DNA of 64,000 nucleotides from the human T2T-CHM13v2.0 reference genome, Homo sapiens. Each line of letters starts with the position of its first letter. Positions within the stretch are counted from its first letter, which is position 1. The translations under genes and the position numbers were made by a program. The stretch lies in NCBI RefSeq assembly GCF_009914755.1, contig NC_060935.1. One strand, given 5' to 3'. Shown piece by piece: positions 42,304-56,839 of this stretch. The notes beneath the pieces are model-generated. The model ran no database searches. It worked only from the letters and a program-made list of their open reading frames with translations, and had not been told where the DNA came from.

Positions 42304-43410
42304 TTTCTTTTTTTCAACTTTTATTTTAGATTCAGGAGGTACATATACATGTTTGTTACCTGGAAATATTTTGTGATGCTGAGGTTTAGGGTATGAATAA
42401 GCATGTTGCCCAGGTACTGAGCACAGTACTCAACAGTTAGTTTTCCAGTCCTTGTCTCCCTCCATCTCTCCCTTCTCTAGTAGTCCTCAGTGTTTACTGT
42501 TGCCATCTTTATTTTTCTGAGTACCCAAGGTTTAGCTCCTAGTTATAAGTAAGAACAAGTGGTTTTTGGTTTAATGTTCCTGCGTTAATTCACTTAAGCT
42601 AGTGGCTTCCAGCTGCATCTATGTTGCTGCAAAAGACATTACTTCATGCTTTTTTATGACTGTGTAGTATTCCATGCTGTATAGGTACCACATTGTCTTT
42701 ATCTAGTCAACCCTTGATGGGCAAGTAGGTTGACTGCATGTCTTTGCTATTGTGAATAGAGCTGCAATAATCATGTAAGTGCATGTGTCTTTTTGGTAGA
42801 ACAATTTGTTTTCTTTTGGATATATACCCAGCAATGAGATTGCTAAGTCTAATGGTAGCTCTGTTTTAAGTTTTTTGAGAAATCTCCAAATTGCTCTCCA
42901 CAGTGACTGAACTAATTTACATTCCCACCAACAGTATATAAGCATTCTCTTCTCTCTGTAGCCTCATCAGCCTCTGTTGTCTTTTGAGTTTTTAGTAATA
43001 GCCATTGTGACTGGTGTGGGATGGTATCTCACTGTAGTTTCGATTTGTATTTCTCTGATGATTAGTGAATGTGTAATATTTTTTCATGTTTGTTGGCTGC
43101 CATTTTGTCATCTTTTGAGAAGTGTCTGTTCATGTATTTTGCCAATGTTTTAATGGAGTTATTTATTGATTTGTTGAAGTTCCTTATAAATTCTGGATAT
43201 TAGATCTTTGTTGGATGCTTAGTTAGTGAAATTTTTTTTCACATTTTGTAGGTTGACCATTTACTCTGTTGATAGTTTCTTTTGCTGTGCAGAAGCTCTT
43301 TAGTTAAGTTAGGTCCCACTTGCCAATTTTTGTTTTTGTAGCAATTGCTTTTGAAGAATTAGTTATAAATTATTTCCAAAGACTGATTTCTAGAATGGTG
43401 TTTCCTAGGT
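42304..43410 (-). mobile_element. L1PA15/16-like 3' end, 5'-truncated
   Basis: ttttcaacttttattttagattcagg..gtgatgctgaggttt..; ORF2 peptide CWWECKLVQSLWRAIWRFLKKLKTELP. Confidence 0.92.
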
Positions 43411-43589
43411 AAAAAAGAAGAATTTGAGAAACCATGTGAGAAGTCAATCTATAAGAATTAACACATGAGTTGCTCTCCTGTTATGGACATGTAAGGCGCT
43501 AAAAAATATGTATTTGAAAAAGACATAGATTTGGACCCCAGTGATCTTAGAGTGTAGTTAGGAGGATAACAAGTGTACGTCAATGTTTA

Positions 43590-44000
43590 TTATTATTATT
43601 AAATTGCCTAGTGCTCCTATGTGCCAGATTCTACTGCAGTTATGCTATATAGAAGGCAGAAAGTAATGTGTTACTTGAAAGAGACAGATGCTGAAGGGGC
43701 TTCTCCTGAGGAAGAGACCAGGAAGATTCTGTGAGGAAGGTGAAATTATATTTGGGTCTTCAGATATTTGTAGACCTTGGACATATCAGGACTTGGCAAC
43801 TGATCAGATAAAAGATAGTTAGCAATTGAAGAACTAAGGTTTCCTCCATGGAGAATGACAGTGCTGTCTATAGATATAAAGCATCTTGGACAGTGACATA
43901 GTTCTCAGAATTATGACGATGGGTCAGGCATAGCCATATTGCAGGTGAGAGATACCAGTGCAGATGCGGGGCTCTTAGTATTGAGAGAGCTCAGAGCTAG
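43590..44000 (-). mobile_element. L2 fragment
   Basis: agtgctcctatgtgccag...gaggaaggtgaaatt...ggacttggcaactgatcagat. Confidence 0.55.
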
Positions 44001-44343
44001 GCAGAAAACACTTGACACACTAAGATTTTCTCAATCACAGATGCTCAGTGTCACTATAACACATCATTTCATCTCTAAAATGCATTGGAATATAACTTAT
44101 CCTTAAAGTTTCTAGATATGTTTATAAAGGCATGATTATCAATTTTATTTATCTTCACTTTCTCTTCATTTCCATCAACACCAATAGATGACTTTGTTTT
44201 TAAAGAAATGAAATTTTTAATCATGATTCAAGCATGACTTCATATATAGACCTAAGTAGAGAACAAAACACTGTGGCTATATGAAGAAACTAGGTAGTCC
44301 TCCTAGGTTTACATCTATCTCAAATATTCTCTCTCTCTGTCTC

Positions 44344-44402
44344 ATATCTATATCTATATCTATATCTATATCTATATCTATATCTATATCTATATCTATA
44401 TC

Positions 44403-44455
<53 letters not shown>
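44344..44455. repeat. Compound STR, (ATATCT)~10 followed by (CTAT)~13
   Basis: Read directly from the sequence. Confidence 0.97.
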
Positions 44456-44534
44456 ATGCTAACTGGCACATTTCACAGATCTTCAAAGTCTCTGGAAAAG
44501 AAGAATGAGAAAGATAGGTTAAAAATAAAGTGGT

Positions 44535-44846
44535 GGCTGGGCACGGCGGCTCACACCTGTAATCCCAGCACTTTGGGAGGCCGAGGCGGGTGGATCACGA
44601 GGTCAGGACATCGAGACCATCCTGGCTAGCGTGGTGAAACCCCGTCTCTACTAAAAAATACAGCAAAAATTAGCCGGGCGTGGTGGCGTGCGCCTGTAGT
44701 CCCAGCTACTGGGGAGGCTGAGGCAGGAGAATGGCGTGAACCTGGGGCACGCGGAGCTTGTAGTGAGCCGAGATCGTGCCACTGCACTTCAGCCTGGGCG
44801 ACAGAGTGAGACTCCGTCTCAAAAAATAAATAAATAAATAAAAATA
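44535..44846 (+). mobile_element. AluY SINE
   Basis: gatcacgaggtcagga.atcgagaccatcctggcta, gaatggcgtgaacc; CpG-rich; TSD aaaaataaagtggt (44521-44534 and 44847-44860). Confidence 0.96.
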
Positions 44847-47777
44847 AAAAATAAAGTGGTATAGGAAATAAATACATACTTTCAACAATATATATTAAGC
44901 TACTAATATGCAACAGAATTGTGTTAAGTGATGCAGACATAAGGGTTAATGAAATAGAGAGGCATAGTTTTCATGGTGCGTACAATTTACCCATCATTCC
45001 TTCAACATAGCTGTCTTACACCCACCTGCTATGGTAAAGAGATTCTGTTAGCAGAGTGGTTGTTGGTAACGCCATAATATACAGATAATACGTCATTAGG
45101 TAGATGGTGGTGCTAGGAAAAAAAGTCTTACCGCTGTTTATATTGGAAGATCTGATCTAGTTTAGGTGATCAAGGAAGGCATTTCTGATGAGACATATAA
45201 GTTGACACCTAAAAAAAAATGGCTTATAGTTGATGAACTGGGGGAAAATACTCTGGCAGATGAAAAGCAAGGGCCAAAGAGAGAGAGTGGGGTAGGTAAC
45301 AAAAATAGAAGATGAATGTTTACATTTAGTCCTAAAAATGGCATTAAACACAATATGATTATATGATATTAAGCCAATAAATATATTTTATGAGGAAAAT
45401 GTTAAGTAGTTTAGCAATTATTCATGACCCTGGTTATTTGAAGGCATCACCAAGAAGAGATGGAATTTGGTGAAATTGGAGAAAGTGTAATTTGGCAAAA
45501 GGGAAAGTGTATTAGAGCAGGGGACAGCACTTCTGCTGTCACTTAAGAGATAATGAAAATGCTCAAATAGCCTTTGTCCAAACCCTCCTTTGCCTGTTCT
45601 CCGATGACAAAATTTAAGGCTTTGTGCCTTAGTGAAATGCAAATATCCTAGAAAAGCATGATGAGTTGTGTACGTTTTTTCTGACCCTTTTAATGACCTA
45701 GAACTTGGAGTCTCAGTTCTATTGTAAAACCACATGATAGGAAATTGAACTGAATTATGGATAAATTAAAGCCAGCAATGTACTTCTCTATAAACAGGCC
45801 CCTAAAATTCTCAGTGTCATAATTATTTTCTTGAGAACATTACACATTTTATTGGCCAGATATTACTATTATTTAGAGAATTAAATGATGATAGATACCA
45901 AAAAAGGACCACAATTAGGAACAAGGATTTCAAAAACACTGAACAGGACATTTAGCTTTCTGATTAAAACTCCTGGTGTAGTTATAGCTTTAATTTGATT
46001 TTATTCTCTCTCCTTTTCCTTAGTATCCGCAAGGCATGTAATACAATGCCTCTGGTGCAGTCAACCCAGAACTTTGTGGTTCAGAGTCCAGCCTCTCTAG
46101 CAAATGGCTTTTGCAGTGCAGAGCTTTGTGAGGTTGTAACTAGCAGATACTGGGAAGCACGATTATTTCTTACTTTGAAGCTTAGTCCATCTCCATTGAA
46201 AAACCATCAAGTTCCTGCTGGCAGCTTCTGGGCCACAAGTTTTTAATTAGTGCTTATCCTTATACCTTAGCTAACTCCCTTATCTAGGACCACCTTCTGC
46301 TGGTCCTGGCAGGATCCAAGAATCATTTGATTTCATTTTCCCTTAGTGTCTATACTTACATCTTTTTTTTCTTCAACGTCATAGACAGAAAGATTGAGAG
46401 AGTGAGAAGAAATGCAATGCCTTCCCCCTTCTTGATGCTGTAACTTTTCTGCCTTATTGGAAAGGGAGAATTCCTTGATTTCCATGGCAACTCTCACTGC
46501 TTCTGCCTTTAGCAAGTTTACTCTTACCTTTCCCTTATGTTTAATAATTTCCATTATTTCCTTAACCCGGCTCAAATTCACTTGCTCACACAAGCTACTC
46601 ATTTTTGTTTTCTTTAAGGAATTGATAGTGTTTGGACAAACTTAATATTTGAACAGTCTTCAAGGTGTATGTGTTTAAATTTGCTGTGTATGGCTTAACA
46701 TTTTAATTAGTAATCAGTCACTTATATCCTAGTAGAAATTAGCCAACTCTGATAGGGGTGCAGTACTCTTAAAAAGAGGGGGAGAGAGGGTCTGAATGGG
46801 GCTGTTGACATAGAAAAGATATTCCTGAAGCAAACATTCCAAATGAAGAATTAGGAATGTGCATAAAGCTTTCTTAACAATATGCTTACATCCGTGATGA
46901 AGATGTTCAAATAACAGAAATATGTAAATATCTGAAATAAAAAGATATGTGCATGCTCTCAGAACTTTTTAAGAGAACATTCACCCACCCATGCTGGGTA
47001 GTCATTTTCCTGCCAAGGATGGAGAATGATCTATGTGACCTTTTCCAGAGATTTTTTTTTTAAATTCACATTTCAGATTCTGCTCCCTTTTAATAAAGGC
47101 AAAGTTATTAAGGAATCATAATCAACTTCAAGAATAAATATTTAAACTCCATGAGTTAATTGGCCAATCTTTTTCTTCTTCCTCTGAATGAATATGTGTC
47201 TTTTAAACTCAGTTTTCATTTCCTCATCTTTAAAATAGGAAGGGCCAGTTTTTCTTTGGATCCTGAGGTCTGGCCATTCTCTTATATGGAGATTAGTTAG
47301 AACTGGCCTTTTGAGACAGGGGGTGTGTGTGTGGGCTTGTGTGCGTGCAAACATGTGTGGAGAAGGAAGCATTGTTACGATTCCCTAATATAAAAATAGC
47401 TGATGATATCAATTTTCTTTAATATAAATAACTTTTCCTGAGTGAAGCAAGTGCAGAAAGCCAGGATCCTGTGGCATATACTTCCATAGGTAACAACAAC
47501 CCAGTTAGATAGATTGATATATGCTTGATCAGAGTGACAAGACTGAACAACAACAAAAAAAATTGTTTCCAGAAAGTGGTTTTTAAATATAGGAAACAAA
47601 AATGAAGAAATAAAATAACACAGAAAAAAAGTTTCTTAGAAGACAATGTAGTCTGTTTACTTTGTACACTTTAGCCATAAGCAGCAATTTTCTCATGAAA
47701 ATCTAATTTGAATTTTATAAAGGTATCTGGATAATAAGTAGTTTGCTTGGCTTAATTAAAAATTAGCTCTAAACAAC

Positions 47778-47860
47778 TATGCCTCAGTTTCCCCATCTGT
47801 AAAATAAGATAACAATAGTACTTACCTCATAAGATTATTTTGATGAGTAAATAAGTTATT
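47778..47860 (+). mobile_element. MIR core
   Basis: gcctcagtttccccatctgtaaaataagataacaatagtacttacctcata. Confidence 0.88.
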
Positions 47861-47912
47861 TTTTAATTAAAGTGTATTTTAAATGCCAACACATGTTAAA
47901 AAGTAAAAATGT

Positions 47913-48210
<298 letters not shown>

Positions 48211-50029
48211 AAAAAGTAAAAATGTAAATATATATCTCTATATTGTAAAACTATGCATTAAAGAGAACATGTAAAATCAACACAAATTAAGTAATAAGTG
48301 AACCCCATAGTGGTGACCTATTTGAAAGATGCAGTTCCAGGATGTAACAGAATTTAGGAGATATAAAAATTTGATTGGATTGATGATAATGATGATGATG
48401 ACAGTGACGACAACAATGATGATAGATAGAATAATAGTTCCCATTTATTAAGAACCCCCCATGGGTCAGATCTGCATTAGGCACATTACATATATAATCA
48501 TTTCCTCTTTTTTTTTTAAAAAAAAAGAAAGTTGCCATTAAACGAGTGATTTCTGGGTCTAAGACACCATAGCAAACATTATTATTTAGCGTGCTTACAT
48601 TCCAGTGGGGCCTCTACTCTCAAGAAAACCAGTGCTATTGGAGATATGTTATATGAACTGGGACATGTTAAATATCACTGGAACATATGCTATTGCTTTA
48701 CACTTCCGTAGCTTCATTCCTGTTACTGGAGAGTAGCACCATTTTCAAAAGTGAGTAAGTCATAAGATCAACCTGGAAAAATCCATCTTAAGATGTTCCC
48801 CTTGACAAATCGAAAGGATAGCTCACCATACTTATTTAACTGCTAAGTTGAAAATAGCCATTTGTCTAATTATGCTTTTATATAACTTTTTGGTAACTCA
48901 TTATTTCAACTTTAAAAGTCAAATTCTAGGGATATGGAATTGTGAAAGAAAAGACTTTGCATTCACAAGTCAGTGCGTGAATCGCAATCAGGCAAAAATA
49001 CAGTGATCTCATCCGTAACACATAAACTGGGTAATTTTTTATTTATGAAGTAATGCAAATAACTTAATATAGATTACTACACTAACTCATAGTATACTTT
49101 ACTTCAGTTAAATAACACCATTTTGGGCATTACTGAAATATAAATGGACGTGAAGCATGCAAAATAAAATTATGACATTTTGGCATACATTGTGCTTCTC
49201 AAAAAGAAAAAAACACACACGCTAGACTCTGAAGTCATCATATTCTGCTATTAAAGAGCTTGATCATATCTGCCTCAGATTTTACTGAGGGCATTGAAAG
49301 CTTCAGTTATCTTTGCACCGCTTTATGTTATTAATAGGTTGTTATTCTTTATATTTTAAGCAGCCAGTGATTAAACATCATAAACAAATAAAGCAAAGGG
49401 GAAGGGTCAAATCAAGCCATCATTAATAAAAAAGAAATTAGACCAAAAACATGACTAATAAAGTTTGCTATTTACTCTCTTGCAAACTCAACTAATTGTG
49501 CATGTTATGAAATAGTTCTTATCTAGCACTCCACTCTTGCATCTGTTCAATATGCAGTTTTATCAGCAAACTGGCAGAAGACATCTGGCCAAGAGGAAAG
49601 AAAAACTTGTATGAGATTATGGATTTCTGAAAATGACTAATTTTTTAAAAATCTCTAGCAGTGGTTTCGATTGTGAAAATACAGTAAACCTTCCCAATGA
49701 TTGATGCAGAGCAATCTATTTTTTTTTAAACTCAAGACTTTAAAAAAGGGAATGTAAATATTCTAGAGAGATGCAGGATCTTACTGATGGCCAGAGTAAG
49801 AATCTGGCATTTTTTTCCTGCATATTTACACAGGGCAGTTCTTTTTAGCATGTTATTACCCTCTTGCTTTGTAAATGCTGGTTTACATTTTTGATCATTG
49901 TAAACGCTAACAGAGCACAAGTATTCATATTTCTTTCTTTCCTTCCTAAATATGGATAATAGGCTCTATTTGACAGCACAGTTGGGATTAGAAATACTGT
50001 ATGAAATATGTCTTGAGAAATATCTACAG

Positions 50030-50222
50030 CACAGAGATCAGAAAATTACAACCCATGAACCAAATCCAGCCTTTCATCTGTTTTTCTAGTTTTATTGGAA
50101 CATAGCCAGGCTCATTCTATGGCTACTCTTAATTACAAAGACAGTTGAGTAGTTATGATTGTATGACTCAAAAAGCCTAAAATGTTTGCTATCTGGTCTT
50201 TAAAGAATTTTGCAAATTCATG
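50030..50222 (+). mobile_element. MER58A (hAT-Charlie) MITE
   Basis: ccaaatccagcc...gttttattggaacatagcca...aaagcctaaaatgtttgctatctggtcttta; atctacag on both sides (8-bp hAT TSD). Confidence 0.8.
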
Positions 50223-50347
50223 ATCTACAGCACCGTAGGGACTTAATAAATGGTAATTATTTTTAATTCTGCAACATTGGGGAATTACTTATTTTGCACG
50301 AACCACCAGTAACTTCCAATAAAGATACTTATTTTGAATAGGTAAAC

Positions 50348-51130
<783 letters not shown>

Positions 51131-51169
51131 ATTTTAGGCAATATAGGATTTTACTTATTTTTATTAATA

Positions 51170-51350
51170 GCAATAGTCATAACAGCTACCATTGACTGAG
51201 CACTTAATTGGTCACAAAAAATCTAAACAGATATGGAATCTGGGGACTCAAGTTAGCAAAGTAACATGTGCAAGGGTACATAGCTAGTTCAGTAGGAAGT
51301 CTGAACCCAAGATCTTATTTTAATTCACACTTTTTCTCCTATTCTGCTAT
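51170..51350 (-). mobile_element. MIR SINE
   Basis: ataacagctaccattgactgagcactta...aagtaacatgtgcaagggtacatagctagt...tgaacccaag. Confidence 0.7.
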
Positions 51351-51681
51351 GCAGACCCCAATGCATCTTTTACATGCCAAACCACTGTCTCTTTGCTTAA
51401 TTTGAACTTAAAATCTTTGGGAAAAAAATTAAATATGTATTCTCAACTTGTGTTTTAGCCCTGCAGAACACTATACTTGGCCTTTCAGGTTTGTTGGTTT
51501 TGATCTATTTTGGTTTGTGTTTGAGAGGTCCTATTACAGAGCTTTTATATCTTCCATCTCTTCCCAGCTGATTCTCTTCCCTGTGGTGCTGGTGTCAGCC
51601 AGGCACACTACCCCATGGCCAGGCCCATGGCCTGGGCCTTCTGTCCTTGTCTTGTTGAGCTACTTATGCTTTTCATCCTGG

Positions 51682-51777
51682 AGAGAGAGAGAGTGTATGC
51701 ATGCGTGTGTGTGTGTGTCTGTGTGTGTGTGTGTGTCTGTGTGTGTGTGTGTGTGTGTGTCTGTGTGTGCGTGCGCG
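51682..51777. repeat. (GA)n followed by interrupted (TG)n microsatellite
   Basis: Read directly from the sequence. Confidence 0.95.
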
Positions 51778-53021
51778 TTTGGTAGGGGGGTGGTTGTCTT
51801 GCTTTTCCAATTAGTCTTACTGTGATTCGAAAAGGGTAGCCTTTCCTAAACAATTCCAGTCAATCAACATTTCTTTCTTAACCTGCAAGGCACCAACCTC
51901 TGACTGCATTTGGAGCATAGCCTTGAAGTCCTTTTTTCTTTATATAGTTATATTTATTTTTGTTTGCTAAATGCCTGCTTCTTTGATAGGAGATGAGAAT
52001 TTAGTTGCTATTTTTTTAAGGTTACTTCTTGGCTAGGAGCCATTACTTAAACCTGAAGATTATGGAAGCCAAACTCTAGAGGCTTGAGTATTCAAACTAA
52101 TTTCTCTCAGCTATTGACATCTAAACACATCAAATATTGTATACCATTGTATTCTAGTCTCTCTTGGATCCAATTTGTATCCCCTTGTTAAAAAGTCTGT
52201 AAAAGGTCCTCATCCTCTCTGAAAAGAAGGCAAACAAGCACTTCAATGACATAAAAGACTCAATTCTTTGGCATTTCAGTTCTTCTGAAGAAATCTTCAA
52301 TTTCCTGAAGGCATCAACCTCTCTTTTATGTTGGGACTTTTATGTTGGCTGCCCTCACTACCTGGTTCATTGATCACCCACCATATCTGCCCACCTCATC
52401 TTCCTTGGGTTCAGTACACTCAAACTGGTAAACTTAGAAGTTACTTCCTCTTTCAAGCTTCCCCTGAGCCCAAAAAGCATGTTACGTACTTGACCTTGGC
52501 TTACACAGTGGCCCAGGTGTGCCCTTAAAGTAGGACTTCTCAGTCTGTGTCATCATTGCCCATCTCTACTACTGGGTTTTGAGGACAAGGGCGATGTCTT
52601 ATTCTCATTATCTCTATTCTAATGTATATCACAGAGGCTAACAACAAAATAAAACCTTAATAAATATTTACTGATTTAGTGAAACCATTTATTTTAAGTG
52701 TGTAAAATAAAATTAAGTTGTTATATATAGTCATTAAATCATATTTGGGGGCTTCCTAAGTGCATTCAGTATGTATCAAAGTGAATGTTGTCTATTAAAC
52801 GTTTTTAAAATTTAATAATAATAAGCATTCTATTAAATACAATAGGCACACTATAAATAGCACTCCATCATTTGCTAGATACCATTTCTCATCTCTTACT
52901 GAAATTTAATTAATTGAAATGTTTGCACCTGAAAAGGATTTTTAAGGTTTATTTTATTCTGCACAAGATACACTATCAAAGAGATGTAAGAATAGACTTT
53001 TCCTGACATATTTCTTTCTGA

Positions 53022-53348
<327 letters not shown>

Positions 53349-53475
53349 TAGCTATTGTTTGTATTCTCTAGCATACTTGTTACTTTATTATTTTCTATTA
53401 TAGAACAAAAGGAAAACAAGCACTTAAATGGAACACAGAGTGTGACTGTTTTGGTGGTATGAGAAAAGGCACTTA

Positions 53476-53660
53476 ATGGTAGTTCTTCACCTGTATTGGA
53501 AAACAGCATGCCTTTGAAGAGCTGATGAAAGCTAGAGTCTCTCTCTCTCTTTCTCTCCAGAAAAAAAGCCTAAATGCATGTACAAGTGTATATGCCAAAT
53601 TTGCCTACAACTTTAGGACTCTCAGGATTCATTCAATAAAAAGAGGTTAAAAACCCCTAA
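53476..53660 (-). mobile_element. Charlie4z-like hAT MITE, copy 1
   Basis: gttcttcacct...cctttgaagagctgatgaaagcta...ctccagaaaaaa...tttgcctacaacttt...aggttaaaaacccct. Confidence 0.65.
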
Positions 53661-54041
53661 GCTAAAATAGGCCTGAAAAGAGCCTGACTCTGCTAAAAGG
53701 TGGGGCAAAGGTGGAAGGACATGACTGTGAAAGATGGGGAGGAAGCATGTGCTTTAGAAGAGAAGAACATGCAAATTTGCTTTTCAAAGAAGGCACAGGT
53801 GTGCTTTGCAAACCTTTGCAGAATGCTGTCTACCTTAGATGCTCCCTAACAAGAAGACCTGAATTGTTTGGAAGCCAAGCCCCTGTGCTCCTTCATACAT
53901 CCACTCATTCACCCATTTAATTAAGATAGATTTATTTCATTCCACTGTGTGCCAAGAACTGTGTTTAAGAGTGGGGGGAGGGGTGGTGCAATTGTGAAAT
54001 GAGTGCAAATTGTGAATTGAGTCTTTTATGCCAACATGTCG

Positions 54042-54203
54042 TTTTCTTAGATGAGTCATGAGAGTCCTAAAATTGTAGGCAAAATGGGTACATATACTCA
54101 TATGTGCATTTGGGCCTTTCTCTGGAGTGAAAGAGAGAGAGCCTATAGCTTTCATCAGCTTTTCAAAGGCATGCTTTTTTCCAACACAGGTTAAGAACCA
54201 CCT
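54042..54203 (+). mobile_element. Charlie4z-like hAT MITE, copy 2 (inverted relative to copy 1)
   Basis: aaattgtaggcaaa...atgtgcattt...tagctttcatcagcttttcaaagg...aggttaagaaccac. Confidence 0.65.
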
Positions 54204-55829
54204 TTAAGTGCCTTTTCTTATTTTCTTTTTCCTCAAAGTTAAAGCCCAGCAGTGGAGATGGCAATGATTTGAAACATGGCCCTTCCTCTCTATTTCTCAC
54301 ATATGCTACTATGTCATGCTAGAAATAAGGAAAAAGAGTCCATTCATTTAGAAGTTTCTACTTACCATGTCACTGATTTTGTACTCACTAGCTATTTTCA
54401 CTTATTGTTATTGATACTACGTGCAAACAAATGAGGTTTTTAGTGACTTCTAGAACCATAACATATATATTAATTATGTTAATATTAAATGTCTATAACG
54501 GAAAAGTGTTAATGTGACATATAATTAATGTAATTATAGTGCAAGATTATTGTTTTAGGCATCATAATACTGCCTAAAGTAGGACTTATGTTTTTGTATA
54601 AACCTCATGAAAAACATGGCATCTTTTGGTTGCCCTGAAATTATTTATGCACATAGGAAAGTATCAAATTAAGATAGTAGTCATATGGCTTCAGTGGCAC
54701 TCAGCTGGGGTCAGAGGCCATTTTATTAAAATTCTCTGGGCTATTCATTGGCACTCGGAGTTGAATCTGTTTCCCTGGTAACAATGAACTGCTTTGCAAT
54801 GAGACACGAAAGGAATCAAATCAACGTAGAAGTAATTCTGGCCTCAAGTAAATTCCAGTGGAACCAAGGAAAACTTCTTGTATGTAATCCATCAGAACAC
54901 CAGAGAGAATGTGCATAAAAAATCACCTTGGAAAAGAGGACATAGCACTTTGTCTTCCACTCTCCTATTCATAGCATATAGCACATCATATTGTTATCTG
55001 TCATATTTGTTGATGACACTAGACACTAATTATGATCCACACGCAGGTGTGGCTGAAAGACCTATTTAGGAATGACAGGACTTTTCACTCTGCACATGTC
55101 ATGATGATTCCTTAGTTTTGCAGCTGCAACTGCTAGTCGCAGAACATGCTGCTATTTAAGGGGCAGCCACTTAGATAGGAAGTCAGCCCCAAGTCTTTGC
55201 ACAAAAGAGCTACCCAATTGCTGAATATGCCATGTCAGTCTGGTCTGTGCTGCTGAGTTATCCTAACTTCCTACAACTATTTCCTGTTTAAGAGTTTATA
55301 GACTTTTCATCAAGTGCTCATGTCTTCCTTTGTACTCTTTACTAATGCCGAAACTGACAAGCTATGTCTTCATGAATATCATGTAAATGCTGGGCATTTA
55401 TTTTCTCTTTCAGTTATCTATTCATTCAGAAAATATTTATTGAGGATCAACCATGTCCCTGTTCCCTCCTCTGTGCTATGTGCTGCAAATAGAGCAGGAA
55501 GAGGACAAACCCCTTCCTAGAAATCTTTTGTAGGATGTCCCCAACTTGTTATTTGATTTCAAATATAACCTGTGAGTGGGACTGATAGAATTATTCAGGA
55601 CACTAGCTGCACTCTCTATACAAGATCACATCACATGACCACATTGAAACTGGAACAAGATCATAGTTTCAGGCATTGTCAATCTTCTGTCATCTGGAGA
55701 CGGCTGCAACATTGATGTCATTTGTTGTTCCAGTTCTTAATTAGTATTTTCTTTCAGTCCGTTCTGCCAGAAGAAATGTCATAACTTTTATCTTCATCTT
55801 GACACATTCTACTTTCTATTTTTTTTATT

Positions 55830-56295
55830 TCCTGTATTACGATGTAAGTTCCTTGAGGTCAAGGGCTATGGTTTTATTTATCTTTGTTTCTATTGCTACA
55901 CCTTGCACAGAAATTGAAAGGTTCTACACTTATTTCCTCTGCTTGGAACACTTATCCCATGGACATGCACGGGGCTCTGTCCCTCAGCCCTTCACTCAGT
56001 TTAAACATCACCTTATCAAAGAGTCTTCCTAAACTACCCTACTTAAAGTAGTAACTACACAACTCTTTTATCCAACCACTACCCACACATCCCTTTCCCC
56101 TTACCCGGCTTTATTACTCTTCATAACATTTATCACCATCTGGCATACTTACTTGTTTATCACCTGTCTTCAACTACTAAAAGCCCCATGAAAATAGGAA
56201 CACTGTCTGTTTTATTCACTGTTGTATTCTCAGCACCTGGAACAGTGCCTAGATCCTAGTGGGGCACTCAATAAATATTTGTCAATTGAATAAAT
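55830..56295 (+). mobile_element. L2 3' end fragments
   Basis: ttattcactgttgtattctcagcacctggaacagtgcctag...cactcaataaatatttgtcaattgaataaat. Confidence 0.82.
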
Positions 56296-56839
56296 ATCTA
56301 TGGTAAATCCACACATATTTATACTGCCCAATAAAGCATAGAGATGTGATATTTTATTATATGACACTGGTAATACACGAAGAGTGCACATAGGTGCCAC
56401 CTTAAGCATCCCTCTGGGACGGTGACAAAACTCACATTGCAGAAACATTTTTGATAACCATTGACTTGATGTGATGCATTAATTATGTAGCTGCAGAAAG
56501 AGGGGAATGAGTCAGCTCATTTATGTGTAACACTTGAACCTCAGATAGGTGAACATATTTCCAGAATCCTACCATATCATTCTCCTCTTCTTTAATTAGT
56601 GAAACAATTGTGTTGGCAATTGCAAGCTGATGCCAGACACATATTGCTAAACCAGAGTAGATCATCCCTATTAGTAGTTCCAATCCCATGTGGCCCAATT
56701 ATTTTCCTCCATATTTAAGCCTCACTGACAACAAAAGTGCTCAAATCCCATGTGACAACTAGGCAGAGGCTGGCAAACTTTCAATGAATCTATCTAATCC
56801 TGCATTGCATCTTTTTTCTTTTCCCTTATTTGTCAGCAG

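Noticed and set aside
44344-44455. CRISPR-like or coding repeat (ISISIS/IYLS peptide)
   Set aside because: Simple microsatellite with no spacers; eukaryotic context.
55648-55735. 11-bp inverted repeat aactggaacaa / ttgttccagtt as an ncRNA hairpin
   Set aside because: The interior pairs poorly, and one such short match is plausible by chance.
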